IMG/VR virus record: IMGVR_UViG_3300038436_000236
Coordinates: 1 to 55,741 of that record
Length of the DNA: 55,741 nt
Source: a virus
Lineage: Duplodnaviria; Caudoviricetes
Strand: one strand, 5' to 3'
Shown here in pieces: positions 54,824 to 55,741 of this stretch. The position numbers and the translations under genes are program-made. Position 1 is the first letter of the stretch; each line of letters begins with the position of its first letter. Below the pieces are notes generated by a model, which was given only the letters and a program-made list of their open reading frames with translations, searched no databases and was not told the origin of the DNA.

Positions 54824-55244
54824 TCCGGCTTTTATCATTATCCACCATTCGGCTACGGCGGATTCGGATTCGTCTTCGTGGAATGCGATCAGAGAATACC
54901 ATATTGGCCTCGGGTGGAATGATATAGGGTATCATTTCGGAATTGAAAAAATTGACGGGAAATATAATGTCCTGGTCGGTCGCATGCTGGATGAGGTCGG
55001 GGCGCATTGTAAGCAGGCGAGAATGAATTCGCGGTCAATCGGGATTTGTTGTGTCGGCATGTTCGATGAGGTCGCGCCATCGCATGAACTGCTGGCTGTG
55101 CTGCGGCGCTTGGTCCTGTCGTTGATGAGGGTATTTGATATTTCTGTGGTAAACGTCAGGGGACATAATGATTACGCGCCTAAAAGTTGTCCTGGCAAAA
55201 TGTTCGATATGAATTTGTTCCGCAAGTCTTTGGTGGAATTATGA
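54813..55244 (+). CDS. Endolysin, N-acetylmuramoyl-L-alanine amidase (T7 lysozyme-like)
   Basis: IIIHHSAT, GWNDIGYHF, GAHC..NSRSIGIC, GHND..KSCPG. Confidence 0.93.
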   Translation: MKNDPAFIIIHHSATADSDSSSWNAIREYHIGLGWNDIGYHFGIEKIDGKYNVLVGRMLDEVGAHCKQARMNSRSIGICCVGMFDEVAPSHELLAVLRRLVLSLMRVFDISVVNVRGHNDYAPKSCPGKMFDMNLFRKSLVEL

Positions 55245-55741
55245 TAGAAAAAAAAGCGTCTGCGCAGCTTGTCACATGCCGTAGCGGTTACTGGTCTTTC
55301 CGCCCTGAATACGGTTTTTTCTCCGGCGACATCGAAACGGTATGGTGGGATGACGGCGTGCTGCTCCAATTGACAAAAACGGTGTTTTTCCGTGATCGTC
55401 GCGGGGTAATGTGGCCCGCGTATGCTGGGAATATCGTTAATGGCAGCAATATCCCGTGGCGGGTGTGGTCTGTCATGCAACGCAGCCCGATGAGCGGGCG
55501 GCACAGGGTCGCGTCGGTATTCCATGACGTGGCTTGCGTCGAGCGTAAGGCGGCTTGCGTTGATGTACATATGATGTTTTACGAGGCTTGCCTTGCTGCT
55601 GGGGAAGATGAAGTTTCTGCCAATACAATGGGGGCTGCTGTTGCTCTTGGCGGGCCGAAGTGGGGCGAAGATGAAAAACGCATTGATGCAAGTGACTGTG
55701 ACGACTACATGCGCGGTGTTTTTTGCCTTGGTCGGGCGTGA
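55241..55741 (+). CDS. DUF1353-like protein
   Basis: NGSNIP..W..ASVFHD..FYEA..AV.LGG. Confidence 0.7.
   Translation: MIEKKASAQLVTCRSGYWSFRPEYGFFSGDIETVWWDDGVLLQLTKTVFFRDRRGVMWPAYAGNIVNGSNIPWRVWSVMQRSPMSGRHRVASVFHDVACVERKAACVDVHMMFYEACLAAGEDEVSANTMGAAVALGGPKWGEDEKRIDASDCDDYMRGVFCLGRA

Larger units (their letters stand above)
2030..55741. mobile_element. Temperate prophage integrated at tRNA-Arg; right end and second att site outside window
   Basis: Integrase next to the tRNA 3' end, divergent repressor switch, replication, packaging, head, non-contractile tail (no sheath gene seen) and lysis modules in canonical order. Confidence 0.95.

Overview
The window holds about 2 kb of host DNA (a 3'-truncated Cache/PAS membrane sensor gene on the minus strand and an intact tRNA-Arg(CCG)) followed by the left 53.7 kb of a temperate, probably siphovirus-type prophage that runs off the right edge. 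Gene order: tyrosine integrase and repressor (minus strand); early recombination and replication genes (DUF932, DUF2303, Cas4-like nuclease, SMC-like ATPase, initiator, DnaB, SSB, RuvC-like); accessory genes (Lar-like, adenine methyltransferase, small-gene cassette); ParB plus glycosyltransferase; terminases and portal; a DHH phosphoesterase; a 1231-aa MuF-type protein; scaffold, capsid, tail and lysis genes. The host is probably a Desulfobacterota-like anaerobe (inference only). The most notable observations are: (1) the MuF protein carries Nudix, kinase-like and putative ADP-ribosyltransferase domains and is followed by a candidate immunity gene; (2) a P1 C4/P4 CI-type antisense RNA with both target pairs controls one of two paralogous small genes rather than a recognisable antirepressor; (3) an 18-bp palindrome recurs 11 times across the prophage; (4) inverted 11-bp iteron arrays lie 26 kb from the initiator gene that contains the same 11-mer; (5) a ferredoxin-like gene sits between the holin candidate and the endolysin. 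All family assignments come from motif recognition by eye; no database searches were run.
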